From the IMG/VR virus record IMGVR_UViG_3300049979_000188: DNA of 64,000 nt; one strand, 5' to 3'. Below, piece after piece: positions 46,015-54,952 of the stretch. The stretch comes from a virus. A program made the translations under genes and the position numbers. The notes below the pieces were generated by a model that did not search any database, was not told where the DNA came from, and worked only from the letters and a program-made list of their open reading frames with translations. The first letter of the stretch is position 1; the number at the start of each line of letters is the position of its first letter.

Positions 46015-46827
46015 TTACTTGCTAAAGGGGGCAATGGCTTCGAAAATAACGTCGAAGCGAATGATAATGCGCGGGCCTTCCCCGCCTTCGTATTTGGACA
46101 CGTCATGCGCCAGGCGGTGGTCAAACAAGAGCACCGAACCCATTTGAGGAGTATAGGCGTCGCGCACCAGCTCCGGGTCGCTTACCTCGTGGTCCCAATC
46201 CTGGTGACGACGCATGGCGACGGGTACCAGGTTCTGTCCATCCGCAATAAAGCGCGTAGCGCCCGTCGAGTTGGTTGTCAGGTAGAGTACCCCCGACATG
46301 AGGGTACGTTGCAGGCCTCCGGGGTAGATGTAGCCGGCATCGTAATGGGTGAAGTGCTGGCCGCCCTGGTCGTAGCGCATATAGCGCGCCATCGGAGAAA
46401 CCCCTACTGGGGCCCAGTAACGGTGGCCATGGGGTCCTTTTCCTTCGGCATCCGCGTCAAACCAATCGGTAGCTGAGTACGCACCCATCAGGCGTCGAGC
46501 AGGCAGAAAAGGTTTAATAAGCGGCCAGAGCGCTTCCCCAAAGCCTGGGTCCCAGCACGTGATGCGTTGCGAGCCAAGCTCACTGGTGGCCGCCGTTACC
46601 GGTCCACCCGGCGCCATGCCTTGAATGGTTACCGGGGCAAAGCTACCCTGCCGCTCGAAGTAGGCCCGAAGTAGTTGGCAGCTGGCTGGGGTCAGCAGGT
46701 CGCGTACGTAGATTTTATGGTCCAGTGCACGCAGTAGGGCGGCGCCCGGATTGCCTGAAAGCTCGGGAAATACTTCTTGGCTTACGCAGCCGCCGGGAAT
46801 GCGGCTCATGTCAGGAGCACTGTTCAT
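46015..46827 (-). CDS. 2OG-Fe(II) dioxygenase (prolyl-4-hydroxylase-like)
   Basis: RYMRYDQGGQHFTHYDAG, SGVLYLT...GATRF, PQMGSVLLFDHRLAHD, RIIIRFDV. Confidence 0.88.
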   Translation of the reverse strand: MNSAPDMSRIPGGCVSQEVFPELSGNPGAALLRALDHKIYVRDLLTPASCQLLRAYFERQGSFAPVTIQGMAPGGPVTAATSELGSQRITCWDPGFGEALWPLIKPFLPARRLMGAYSATDWFDADAEGKGPHGHRYWAPVGVSPMARYMRYDQGGQHFTHYDAGYIYPGGLQRTLMSGVLYLTTNSTGATRFIADGQNLVPVAMRRHQDWDHEVSDPELVRDAYTPQMGSVLLFDHRLAHDVSKYEGGEGPRIIIRFDVIFEAIAPFSK

Positions 46828-46854
46828 AAAAAAGCAGGAGGTTGGTTACAAGGA

Positions 46855-46884
46855 AGTTTACGTAAAAAAGCCCTGCGCTGTTAC
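46855..46884 (-). promoter_or_regulatory. promoter motif GTAAC-N17-CGTAAACT
   Basis: -35 in terminator loop; heads the 2OG/NTase unit. Confidence 0.8.
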
Positions 46885-46896
46885 TAACGCAGGGCT
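46864..46896 (-). terminator. intrinsic terminator
   Basis: AGCCCTGCG/CGCAGGGCT plus A-tract. Confidence 0.75.
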
Positions 46897-46904
46897 CGCA
46901 GAAA

Positions 46905-47123
46905 TCAGGGCTTCGTATAATTTGCCAGGTACGAGGCACTCAGGCTTAGCTCAGGGTCTACTTCGCGCCCGGTACGCCGGCTAAAGGTCCAGGGCCCGCA
47001 GTGAATAAGGTCCTCGTCGACCAGGGTTACGTTGAGCTGCATCGGAACGCGGCCGGCTAAGAGCCGCAAGACAGTATCACCTGCTTCGACGGCCATAAAA
47101 TCTACGCGTGTGGGCTTTTCCAT
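46905..47123 (-). CDS. small hypothetical protein
   Basis: ORF tiles the gene run. Confidence 0.5.
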   Translation of the reverse strand: MEKPTRVDFMAVEAGDTVLRLLAGRVPMQLNVTLVDEDLIHCGPWTFSRRTGREVDPELSLSASYLANYTKP

Positions 47124-47401
47124 GGAAATAAGTACGGGTCGAGTAAAGCAAGTACTTCAGCTTGGCTGCGAGTAGCAGGCTGGTGGGTAGCCAGCAGGTT
47201 ATAGCCGGTAATGGCTACCTGCAGCTCAGGGGTTTCGAGTATGAAAACCTTTTGGTAGCTTAGGGCAAAGCTTACGTTCACTTGCTCGGCCTCGAAGGCT
47301 AGCACCGACTCAATCCGGCAGGGTCCTTGCGAGATGAGGATGCTTTTGAGCTGCTCGCCGGCAAAGGTGTCGGGGGTAAGCTGGGGGATATTATTGGTCA
47401 T
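47102..47401 (-). CDS. hypothetical protein
   Basis: ORF tiles the gene run. Confidence 0.5.
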   Translation of the reverse strand: MTNNIPQLTPDTFAGEQLKSILISQGPCRIESVLAFEAEQVNVSFALSYQKVFILETPELQVAITGYNLLATHQPATRSQAEVLALLDPYLFPWKSPHA

Positions 47402-48146
47402 GTTGAGCTTCGGGTTTGGGAAGTAGCGCTTCAGGTAAATCGTCCGGGACCTGGCCCTGCATGACCTGGTCGGCGTTGTGCAGAATAAAGGCTACGTACT
47501 GCAGGGCTACCTCCGCATTGCCACTTTTACTTAGCACCCGGCGAATACGTTTGACCAGTAAGGCCACGCTTACGCGGTGAACTCCTACGCGGTGCGTGTC
47601 GGTAAGGGCATCGAGTTTAGTTCGCAGCTGCAGCACCTCGTTGCGTAAGCCAGCTTCCACCCCGTGGTTATCGGCAGTGGGCAGACCGAGCTGTCGCAGA
47701 TTGGTTTCCAGTGATTTAATGCGCGTGCGTAAACTACCGGCCTCGCTATTAGCTTCGAGTAGCTTCTGGCGAAGTTCACGTACGGAGCTGGGTTCCGCCT
47801 TAGCTTGTGCGCCTTCCGGGCTTACCGCGGATTTGCTGAGTAGGAGTTGGACCTGGCCCTGGGTGTTTTTAAGCTGCCCTTGCAGGTTACTAACCTGTTC
47901 GTTTAGTCGGCGTACGTGGTCTTGAAAGGCCGTATTCTCCCGACTTAAACGGCGTGCCAGCCTTTCGCTCTCGCTTAACTGTCCGCTTATTTTATCGGCG
48001 TCAATCACGTCTTTACGGGCACTGAGCTTGGCGCCTACTTCCCGCAACGCGTCCACGCCACCACGAATATACTGCGCGTGTTCCGTGTCGTTGTCACGGC
48101 GCCAGGCGCCAATCTGGTTTCTAAAAAAGGAAAGAACGTTAAACAT
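47391..48146 (-). CDS. coiled-coil protein
   Basis: Long heptad-like region. Confidence 0.6.
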   Translation of the reverse strand: MFNVLSFFRNQIGAWRRDNDTEHAQYIRGGVDALREVGAKLSARKDVIDADKISGQLSESERLARRLSRENTAFQDHVRRLNEQVSNLQGQLKNTQGQVQLLLSKSAVSPEGAQAKAEPSSVRELRQKLLEANSEAGSLRTRIKSLETNLRQLGLPTADNHGVEAGLRNEVLQLRTKLDALTDTHRVGVHRVSVALLVKRIRRVLSKSGNAEVALQYVAFILHNADQVMQGQVPDDLPEALLPKPEAQHDQ

Positions 48147-48852
48147 GGGTAGGGGAATTAGGTGAGACCGAATCTGCGGCCAGTGCCTCGGTAATGCGCA
48201 GGGCTAAACTCGGGAAACACGCCGCTAGCACTGGGTCGATTTGTGCAAGTTGCACCTGCGGGTAAACCGGGGGCTTGTAAAACGTAGTGGGCTGGTTGGG
48301 CTTCAGATTCAAGTGCGTTTTAAACCACTCCGCCTGCGCGTGCAAGTCCCGCCAGTCAATCCAGGCGTTGAGCACCTCGTACTCACGCGCGGTGGCGCCA
48401 AACTCTGACTCACGGCGTAGGGTCTGTATCGTGTCACCGAGTTTGAGCAAGCGCCCCGTAAAGCTGGCCAATTGCCGAAACTCCCCGGGCTCGGTACACA
48501 CCAGGCGCGTTTCGAGCCAGCGCACAAAGGTCAGGCACAACACGTCAGCTGCGCGCAACCCAAAATCAGGGTCTGTGTCGACCATGAAGTCGAAAAAGGT
48601 CTCCCCCTTCTTGCCCCGGGTAAAGGTAACCAGGCCTTTTTCATGCAGTAACAGCTTTAGCTCCTGGCTGATGGACTGCTCGGGGTAGTGCTCGTGCAGA
48701 AAAAGGGTATAGCGCTTTTTTAAGCGCCGCTCCATTAGCCTCGCCCAGGCCTTATTATTGAGTGGGGTCAGCAAATGCTTGGCCACGAGCTTAGGCCAGA
48801 AGTCCTGCAGACTTCGGCAAAAAGCATAGAACGTCTCGCGATGGTGAACCAT
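48139..48852 (-). CDS. hypothetical protein
   Basis: ORF tiles the gene run. Confidence 0.6.
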   Translation of the reverse strand: MVHHRETFYAFCRSLQDFWPKLVAKHLLTPLNNKAWARLMERRLKKRYTLFLHEHYPEQSISQELKLLLHEKGLVTFTRGKKGETFFDFMVDTDPDFGLRAADVLCLTFVRWLETRLVCTEPGEFRQLASFTGRLLKLGDTIQTLRRESEFGATAREYEVLNAWIDWRDLHAQAEWFKTHLNLKPNQPTTFYKPPVYPQVQLAQIDPVLAACFPSLALRITEALAADSVSPNSPTHV

Positions 48853-48890
48853 TGGGTAGCGTAGGGTAAGCTAGTGAGTAAGGAGGATGG

Positions 48891-49256
48891 CTAAAAACAA
48901 CGAATGGCAATATCACCCTTATCCACCCGAACGACCAGTCCGTTGCTGTAGGTGTGTTCTTCCGGACCAGTGACGATGCGGAAGCCACCGTAAACGGTGG
49001 AAAAACGCGGGGATGCGGGGTGATAGCCGTTGGTAAACTCAATGCGGTCGTAGCGGCGCAGAGACCCCAGCGTACGCTTCCCCAGCGCATCCTTCGGCCC
49101 ATCCCGCTTATAAAGCCGGCTCAAGAGCCAGGGGGAAGGACGACGAAATCCTTCTTTTTTCTCCCCCGACTCCATTACTTGGTAGGGGCCGGGACCTTTA
49201 TGGGTTGTGCCGCTCAAGGTAAGACGTAGTACTTGCTCTTTTTCCATAGGTACCAA
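48891..49256 (-). CDS. hypothetical protein (possibly ASCH/PUA-like)
   Basis: LRLTL.......SGEKKE.FR....W...RL......YDRIEFTNGY; follows promoter motif. Confidence 0.55.
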   Translation of the reverse strand: MVPMEKEQVLRLTLSGTTHKGPGPYQVMESGEKKEGFRRPSPWLLSRLYKRDGPKDALGKRTLGSLRRYDRIEFTNGYHPASPRFSTVYGGFRIVTGPEEHTYSNGLVVRVDKGDIAIRCF

Positions 49257-49285
49257 GTATACGCCTTAAAACAAGTACGCGTTAC
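49256..49285 (-). promoter_or_regulatory. promoter motif GTAAC-N17-CGTATACT
   Basis: Divergent from the plus-strand island. Confidence 0.8.
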
Positions 49286-49299
49286 GAGCCTATTTAAGT

Positions 49300-50025
49300 G
49301 TGTCAGGACCCGTTACACTGACCGCAGCTATGGCCAAAGAACTTAATTTTTCACCCGACGTCTCGCCCCTTGGCAGCTCCGCTGTTACGGGCACTGTTCG
49401 ACAAGAAAAACCCGTCTTCGTAAGCAAAAAGACGCCTCCCAGTGTAGTTCGCCAGGTAGTAGTTACCGCCTTAAGCCAAGGCTATCAGGTCACGGCTGTT
49501 GCCCCGGCTTCGAGTGGCAACGCCCCGCTTAGCGGCTACGTCATCTACCGAAACGACCGCCCCAGCCCCCTGGCCACTGTTTCGCAGCTGCCCTACCTGG
49601 ATTTAACCGCCCCCGCCGGTAGCCTACCTGGCTACCGCATAAGCGCGTTGAACCTCTCGGGTGTGGAAGGCCCTAAGTCAACGATGACTACGGTAAGTGC
49701 GGGCGGCCCTGTCGTTACCGTTCCGACGCCAAGTCTACCCACCAGCGTCACCATTGACGGCAGTGTGGTGGTAAGCGGAGAAACTATTTTTAGTGCCGAT
49801 GACCAGGTCCTGACCCTCTCGGCCGCCGGTCTGCTCACCGCTAGCTTTAGCAGCGGCAGCGGGACCGTTGAGATTAGCTACCCGCCGGCTACGAGCTGGT
49901 CCGCCCTCAATGCCACAACCGGCCTGAACGTAGCCGCTAACCGCAATTTCATTCTACGCGTGAAGCACCCCGTGAACACGGCTTTTACGGCCGTGCTGAC
50001 CATCAACTATGTGCCAGCTACTTAA
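49300..50025 (+). CDS. Fibronectin type III/Ig-like virion protein
   Basis: GNAPLSGYVIYRND...YRISALNLSGVEGPKS FN3 pattern; S/T/V/P-rich beta strands. Confidence 0.65.
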   Translation: MSGPVTLTAAMAKELNFSPDVSPLGSSAVTGTVRQEKPVFVSKKTPPSVVRQVVVTALSQGYQVTAVAPASSGNAPLSGYVIYRNDRPSPLATVSQLPYLDLTAPAGSLPGYRISALNLSGVEGPKSTMTTVSAGGPVVTVPTPSLPTSVTIDGSVVVSGETIFSADDQVLTLSAAGLLTASFSSGSGTVEISYPPATSWSALNATTGLNVAANRNFILRVKHPVNTAFTAVLTINYVPAT

Positions 50026-50041
50026 AAAGTTAACCACCTCT

Positions 50042-51025
50042 ATGTCGCTCATTATTACCCGCCGCGTAGCCCCGGCGGCGCCCAACCTGGACCCTTTGCT
50101 CACGGAGCAACTGCAAGCGCGCCCTACCACGGTGCAGGTGCAGAACTTGATTGCCAACGCAGTGTCCAGCATACCAGGAAGCGACGAGTCACTGACGGAG
50201 GCCTTACTCATTCGCCCCACCACCACGCAGGTGCAGAACTTAATCACCCAGGCAGCTTTTGAGGCAGGCATCGGCACAACCCTAACGCCTTTCACCCCTG
50301 CCGCCCTGGCTGGGAGCCTCCCCCTCTGGCTGGATGCCGGTGATAGCACTACCCTTACCATAAGTGGCGGTAGCGTAAGTAACTGGCGTAACAAGGGAGA
50401 CGCGGGCGGTAGCTTCGTCCCCGTACTGAGTGCCCCACTCTTTCAGGATAACGAAGTAGTCTTCAACGCTACGCCCCTGAGCAGCGACGTGGCGTTTCCC
50501 ACCAGCTTAAACTTTATAGTACTGGCCGTAACCCGGCAATCGGATTACAGCACCGAAGCCCACGTGCTTAATGTAGCCGGCTACATTACCACCCTGGGGG
50601 TTAAAAACGGAACCGTATATGGGTTTACCCAACCTGACTTCCAGAACCAAGTAAGTCAAGCAGTTGGTCCTGGAACGACGCTGCGCGGAACCGTTTTTTC
50701 CCGGGAAGAACGCCTAAGTCGCACGCGTATTGGCCAGAACGGCGCACCTGGCGCTCTTATTACGGCGACTGCAGTTACCCTGGCGCAAGGCCCCGCCCTA
50801 CTCGGCGGAGAGCGACAGTCAAACAATAGCGTAGAGAATCCTTTCAAAGGGAATATTGTGGAATTGGTGTACTGCACGACCAGTTCCATGGCTCTCATCC
50901 GTAAGCTCGAAGGCTATTACCGCCTCAAGTACGGCATCGCCTTACCGCCCACGCACCCCTACGCGACGACGCCTCCTTACGTTGAAAACCTATCCCCACC
51001 CGATTTAACGCCCCAGGTAGTTTAA
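50042..51025 (+). CDS. Putative fibre/lectin (concanavalin/LamG-like) protein with N-terminal repeat
   Basis: Two copies of D..L(T)E.L..RPTT.QVQNLI; LWLDAGD......SVSNWRNKG; FKGNIVELV...KLEGY..LKYG. Confidence 0.6.
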   Translation: MSLIITRRVAPAAPNLDPLLTEQLQARPTTVQVQNLIANAVSSIPGSDESLTEALLIRPTTTQVQNLITQAAFEAGIGTTLTPFTPAALAGSLPLWLDAGDSTTLTISGGSVSNWRNKGDAGGSFVPVLSAPLFQDNEVVFNATPLSSDVAFPTSLNFIVLAVTRQSDYSTEAHVLNVAGYITTLGVKNGTVYGFTQPDFQNQVSQAVGPGTTLRGTVFSREERLSRTRIGQNGAPGALITATAVTLAQGPALLGGERQSNNSVENPFKGNIVELVYCTTSSMALIRKLEGYYRLKYGIALPPTHPYATTPPYVENLSPPDLTPQVV

Positions 51026-51026
51026 A

Positions 51027-52967
51027 ATGCCCTCTATTAACAGTCTTATCGTCAAGTTTGGGGTACTGATGAATCAGTACTCGCTTACCTCCTACCGGCC
51101 CAAAGTTGCCCGTGAAACCACGACCTGGAAAGACGGCACCTTACTGGTCACCACGCGCCTGAATGACGCCTTAGGTACGCTCGTGCCTGACCCACGCACG
51201 CAAGGCCCCATTGGCAGTGTGCTTTATACCACGGCCTACGCGGACGAGGAAATTATCTACTACGAACAAGTTTTCCCACGGGAAGAGCTGGATGTTCGTG
51301 ACTTTGGGCTGAGTGGTAAAACACCCGATTGCAGTCCACTCTGGGAAGCACTCAGCAATTACTTCCCCCCAAGCTTACCCCAGTGTTTTCTTTTCCAGCC
51401 AGGGACTACGTATACCTTCAAAACGGGTCTCAAGGTTGATTCGCGGGGGCATCGTCTCTTCGCGCCCAACCCCAAGCGCCCGGCCGTAGTTAGCGTACCA
51501 GGGGGCATAACGTCGCTTGAGAGCTACGGTCCGAACGGGACAACTGGTTTGCAGATTGAGAATTTTAGGTTCGGAGCCTCCAGCCAGGTCAAAGATGGTG
51601 CGGCTGACCAGGATGGCAATGTGTACCCGAGCACGGACATTCGCAGCGATGACCCTTATGCCTGTCTCTACCACGGAGCTCTTATCAGCAACGTGGTTCA
51701 GTTTAAGAACGTGGAATTCGGTGGCTTTAGCGGCAACGGTCTTAAGGCCATCGCCTACATCGACCCCAATAGCACGTATACGGCAAACACGTCGCTAAGC
51801 ACCTTTATTGGGCTGAAAATTACGGGTTGCGGTGGCGATGGTATTCTTATCAACGGCGCCGATGCCAACCACATGCTCTTCATGGACCTTGACATCCGTG
51901 ACAACGTAGGCTTTGGGTATACGGACGACAGCTTACTGGGCAACCACGTCATGTTTGCCCACTTCAACAACAACAAGCGGGGCACTTTCCGGGTGCGTGG
52001 GCCAGGCAACTCGGCCTTGTTGAACATGATTTACACCGAGGAGATTCAGGACTACCTGACCTTGCCTTCCACCAATAAGGAAAAGGGGTATGGCGGCTAT
52101 CTTTACGGCAATGCGAAGTTGAGCGGCGGGACAGTTTCGCCCGAAGGGTCGGGCATGCCTGGTAGCAAGGTTTTCTGCTACAACCAGGCTGAGGCCTGCG
52201 TCGGCAGCTTTAGCTCAGGCATAAGCTTTGGGACGGTAAGCATCGGCAAGGGTGGGCTTTACTTCAACGGTGGACTCACCTTCACCCCCGTCAACGAAGC
52301 TGAAGGCTATCGCTACCACCAGGGTAGCAGCTTTACGGGCAACATTGCCGAGTACCTGACCCGCAACCTGAGTTTAGCACAGACAGGCCGGCCAGCTCAG
52401 AGTGATGCCGTCAACTTGGTCACGCCCTTCATCAACGGGAATCGACACCTGTTGGTGCGTGTCTATGAAGAACTGACTACGTATAAAAACCAGTCGGGGG
52501 ACAACTTCACGTTCTTTGCCGGTGACCGCATAACCGAGCACTACCCCAATGCCTGGCGCCCACTTGCCCTGCTCTGCGTCGGCGGTGGGCAGTACCGCGA
52601 TGACTATACCACCTCAATGACGCTCACGCCGACTGCACGCATCGACGGCAACTATGAACACGTGTTCTCAGGTACCGACCCGATACCTGCCATTGGCTCC
52701 TTCATCACCGTTGCCGGAATTGGCCCGTTCCAGGTAGCAGGCCGCGGCCTCGACCCCCGGGCCATTACCTTAGCACCCAGCTCGCTGCCCATCACGGGGG
52801 GAAGTCACGCGGTGGGATACGCTAAACCTACTTTCCGCCCGGAAGGCGCCGGCTCGGGCTCCACGGAGCAGCGACCGGACCTAACCGGTTACGGCGGGCC
52901 CTGGCAGTACTGGAACACAAGTACCAATACGCTGCAGACCTGGACCGGTACTAACTGGATAGGCTAA
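51027..52967 (+). CDS. Tailspike/depolymerase-like protein (pectate-lyase-like beta-helix)
   Basis: LDVRDFGLSG, FQPGTTY, G/N-rich beta-helix repeats; C-terminal GSGSTEQRP..GYGG..QYWNTSTN.L.TWTGTNW. Confidence 0.7.
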   Translation: MPSINSLIVKFGVLMNQYSLTSYRPKVARETTTWKDGTLLVTTRLNDALGTLVPDPRTQGPIGSVLYTTAYADEEIIYYEQVFPREELDVRDFGLSGKTPDCSPLWEALSNYFPPSLPQCFLFQPGTTYTFKTGLKVDSRGHRLFAPNPKRPAVVSVPGGITSLESYGPNGTTGLQIENFRFGASSQVKDGAADQDGNVYPSTDIRSDDPYACLYHGALISNVVQFKNVEFGGFSGNGLKAIAYIDPNSTYTANTSLSTFIGLKITGCGGDGILINGADANHMLFMDLDIRDNVGFGYTDDSLLGNHVMFAHFNNNKRGTFRVRGPGNSALLNMIYTEEIQDYLTLPSTNKEKGYGGYLYGNAKLSGGTVSPEGSGMPGSKVFCYNQAEACVGSFSSGISFGTVSIGKGGLYFNGGLTFTPVNEAEGYRYHQGSSFTGNIAEYLTRNLSLAQTGRPAQSDAVNLVTPFINGNRHLLVRVYEELTTYKNQSGDNFTFFAGDRITEHYPNAWRPLALLCVGGGQYRDDYTTSMTLTPTARIDGNYEHVFSGTDPIPAIGSFITVAGIGPFQVAGRGLDPRAITLAPSSLPITGGSHAVGYAKPTFRPEGAGSGSTEQRPDLTGYGGPWQYWNTSTNTLQTWTGTNWIG

Positions 52968-53010
52968 AAAAAAAAGCGGTACGTCCTGGGTGGACGTACC
53001 GCTTTTTTTT
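52968..53010. terminator. bidirectional terminator ending the plus-strand island
   Basis: A8-GCGGTACGTCC-TGGGT-GGACGTACCGC-T8. Confidence 0.9.
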
Positions 53011-53666
53011 CTGCATGCTATTCCGGTCACAGGAACCCGGCGCGTGAGCGGGCGGAATGCACGGCCGGGTCGAAAGCCGGTAGTTAGTTAAGCCAAGCGC
53101 TAAAGTACGTTTCACTGGAGGCTTCGCTGAACTCGAAGCTTTCTACCTGACGGGCAAACCGCCGGGTCACAGCTACACCGACCAGTGTCCGTTCCCCCCG
53201 CCCTGGTCGGTACAACTGGGGGTGCACGGGATTTCAAAGGGGTCTCTCGCTCCCCTATCCAGCAATCAAACCAGCGACTACACCCCCTTATGGGATAAAC
53301 GTACGCTACAGTCCGACTGGTCGAGCTGCGCTTTTTTCGCCGCGTAGCCTGCTAAAAGCCACCCCTACGGGCAGTCACATAGGCGTCCTTGACGCTAACC
53401 CGGTCAAGGAGTAACCGATTTCCCACCTCGGTTGGGGACGGTTTGGATTGCCTGTTACCAGCCTCGGGTCGTCGTACCCCATGCACTTGCTGTCACCAGC
53501 GTTCATCGACTGCGCGTTCCAAGCAACAGGCCGACTTCGGTAGATATGTCACGCAGCCACCTCACCCATGCGCGGAGATGGTTCCCGATTTAAGCTGACC
53601 TGTGTACGGAGACCAGCTGCGTGTCTTGCCCTGTCCGTTCACCCAGCGGTAGTGGACGACGGGGGA
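53011..53666 (-). ncRNA. Candidate large structured ncRNA (~650 nt)
   Basis: No plausible protein ORF in a gene-dense genome; many inverted repeats; ends at terminator 52968-53010; strand inferred from the upstream promoter. Confidence 0.5.
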
Positions 53667-54005
53667 CTAGCTCCAATCACGGGGTATCAAGTTCTTGGCC
53701 CAGTGATTTACTTCGTTCATGTCGGCTGCTTTACTAAAATGCACATAGCCTTCGTCTCGAATGACTTCTACCGAGCCACAGGTCAAACAAGCTTTGCCCT
53801 CCATGTAAAAGCCGCTACCGTAGTCCGAGTAGATGTCAACTTCTTCTTCATTACCACAATCACAGCTAAGCGGGTAGTGCTGGCGCCAATTGGCGTTGAC
53901 TTCCTCTATCGTTTCGTAGTGATGCGAGATAACATAGTCATCTCCGGTCTCACAATAGCGAATATGACCGTCAGGGAATTGAATGGCGCCAAGTGCGTGT
54001 GACAT
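53667..54005 (-). CDS. hypothetical protein with Cys pairs
   Basis: CDCG...ACLTC; follows promoter motif 54031-54060. Confidence 0.6.
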   Translation of the reverse strand: MSHALGAIQFPDGHIRYCETGDDYVISHHYETIEEVNANWRQHYPLSCDCGNEEEVDIYSDYGSGFYMEGKACLTCGSVEVIRDEGYVHFSKAADMNEVNHWAKNLIPRDWS

Positions 54006-54007
54006 GT

Positions 54008-54053
54008 AGGAAGCTGCTCGTAGTGTAGCAAGTATACGTACGAGCAGCTTCCT
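54008..54053. repeat. 15-bp perfect inverted repeat enclosing promoter -10
   Basis: AGGAAGCTGCTCGTA-N16-TACGAGCAGCTTCCT. Confidence 0.85.
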
Positions 54054-54060
54054 GCGTTAC
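54031..54060 (-). promoter_or_regulatory. promoter motif GTAAC-N17-CGTATACT
   Basis: -10 in loop of a 15-bp hairpin. Confidence 0.8.
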
Positions 54061-54065
54061 CACAC

Positions 54066-54938
54066 CTAGTCCAGAATAAGCCAATCGGTGGCCAGCCAGT
54101 CTGCCTGGTAGGGTTGCGCCGCTTCCATAGTCCCGTTTTTGAGCACGGCCACCACAAAATTTACCCCCATGGCAATGCCCGAAACCGGTAGGTTATCTAC
54201 GGCAAGCACCTCGCTTACTGTGGGAACGAAGACGGCGCTGTCAGTAAGCAGCCAGTAGCCATCCCAGTGCAGACGTGCAATGCGCTTGCCTCGTTTGAGG
54301 GCCTCGATGGCCGCCCCGAAGGAATATAAGCGCTGGTCAGGCCGCCAGTTAATACTCTCCCGGCGCTCTAAGTCAGCGGGTTCTGCAGCTGGCGCTGGTT
54401 GGCGTTCCGGAGCAAAAGGCAAGTCAAAGGCCGCATCACTGCCGTAGGAGGTTCCGTCGTCGTACCAGCGGCGCGTGCGGTAGGCATTCGCGCGCCACAC
54501 GTCCCCGATAATACCGGCCCAGCTTCCGTCCGGGTACACGGCGTAGCTTAACTCATGGGCCTTGAGCTTATGCCCGCCCTTGGTGCGCTCAACTTTGCCC
54601 AGGTCGTGTTTGAGGCGACTCTTACGGTAGACCTGGTACTCGGCCTCCCCGCCCTTGATAAAGTACTTCCCAAAGTCCCCTTCCGAGAAGAAATGACTGC
54701 TGGCCCCGGACCCATCCGGGTTACGTCGCACCACCGAATAGGCAATGCGTCCGTCACCCTGGGGGGTCACGTAAGCTTCGCACGCATCGCCTACGAAGAA
54801 CCTGTTCCAATCGTTAGAGGCAACTTCGTCACACTCGCCCATGAAATGGCTGGGATGGGGTTCGCGCACGCACATGCAGTTGAGGAGTACGCTCTGGGTT
54901 GGCACATCTTGGGTGTGCTTGAGGTCTGAGTTTTCCAC
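54066..54938 (-). CDS. Multi-domain protein with C-terminal DUF2829 / Tad2-like domain
   Basis: SFGAAIEALKRGKRIARLHW...PYQADWLATDW. Confidence 0.75.
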   Translation of the reverse strand: MENSDLKHTQDVPTQSVLLNCMCVREPHPSHFMGECDEVASNDWNRFFVGDACEAYVTPQGDGRIAYSVVRRNPDGSGASSHFFSEGDFGKYFIKGGEAEYQVYRKSRLKHDLGKVERTKGGHKLKAHELSYAVYPDGSWAGIIGDVWRANAYRTRRWYDDGTSYGSDAAFDLPFAPERQPAPAAEPADLERRESINWRPDQRLYSFGAAIEALKRGKRIARLHWDGYWLLTDSAVFVPTVSEVLAVDNLPVSGIAMGVNFVVAVLKNGTMEAAQPYQADWLATDWLILD

Positions 54939-54952
54939 GGTAGAAAGACTAA

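Noticed and set aside
102-49229. Numerous plus-strand ORFs in the track (e.g. 102-341, 7180-7605, 18998-19597, 22861-23370, 44882-45382)
   Set aside because: They are antisense shadows of well-supported minus-strand genes, with no recognisable motifs.
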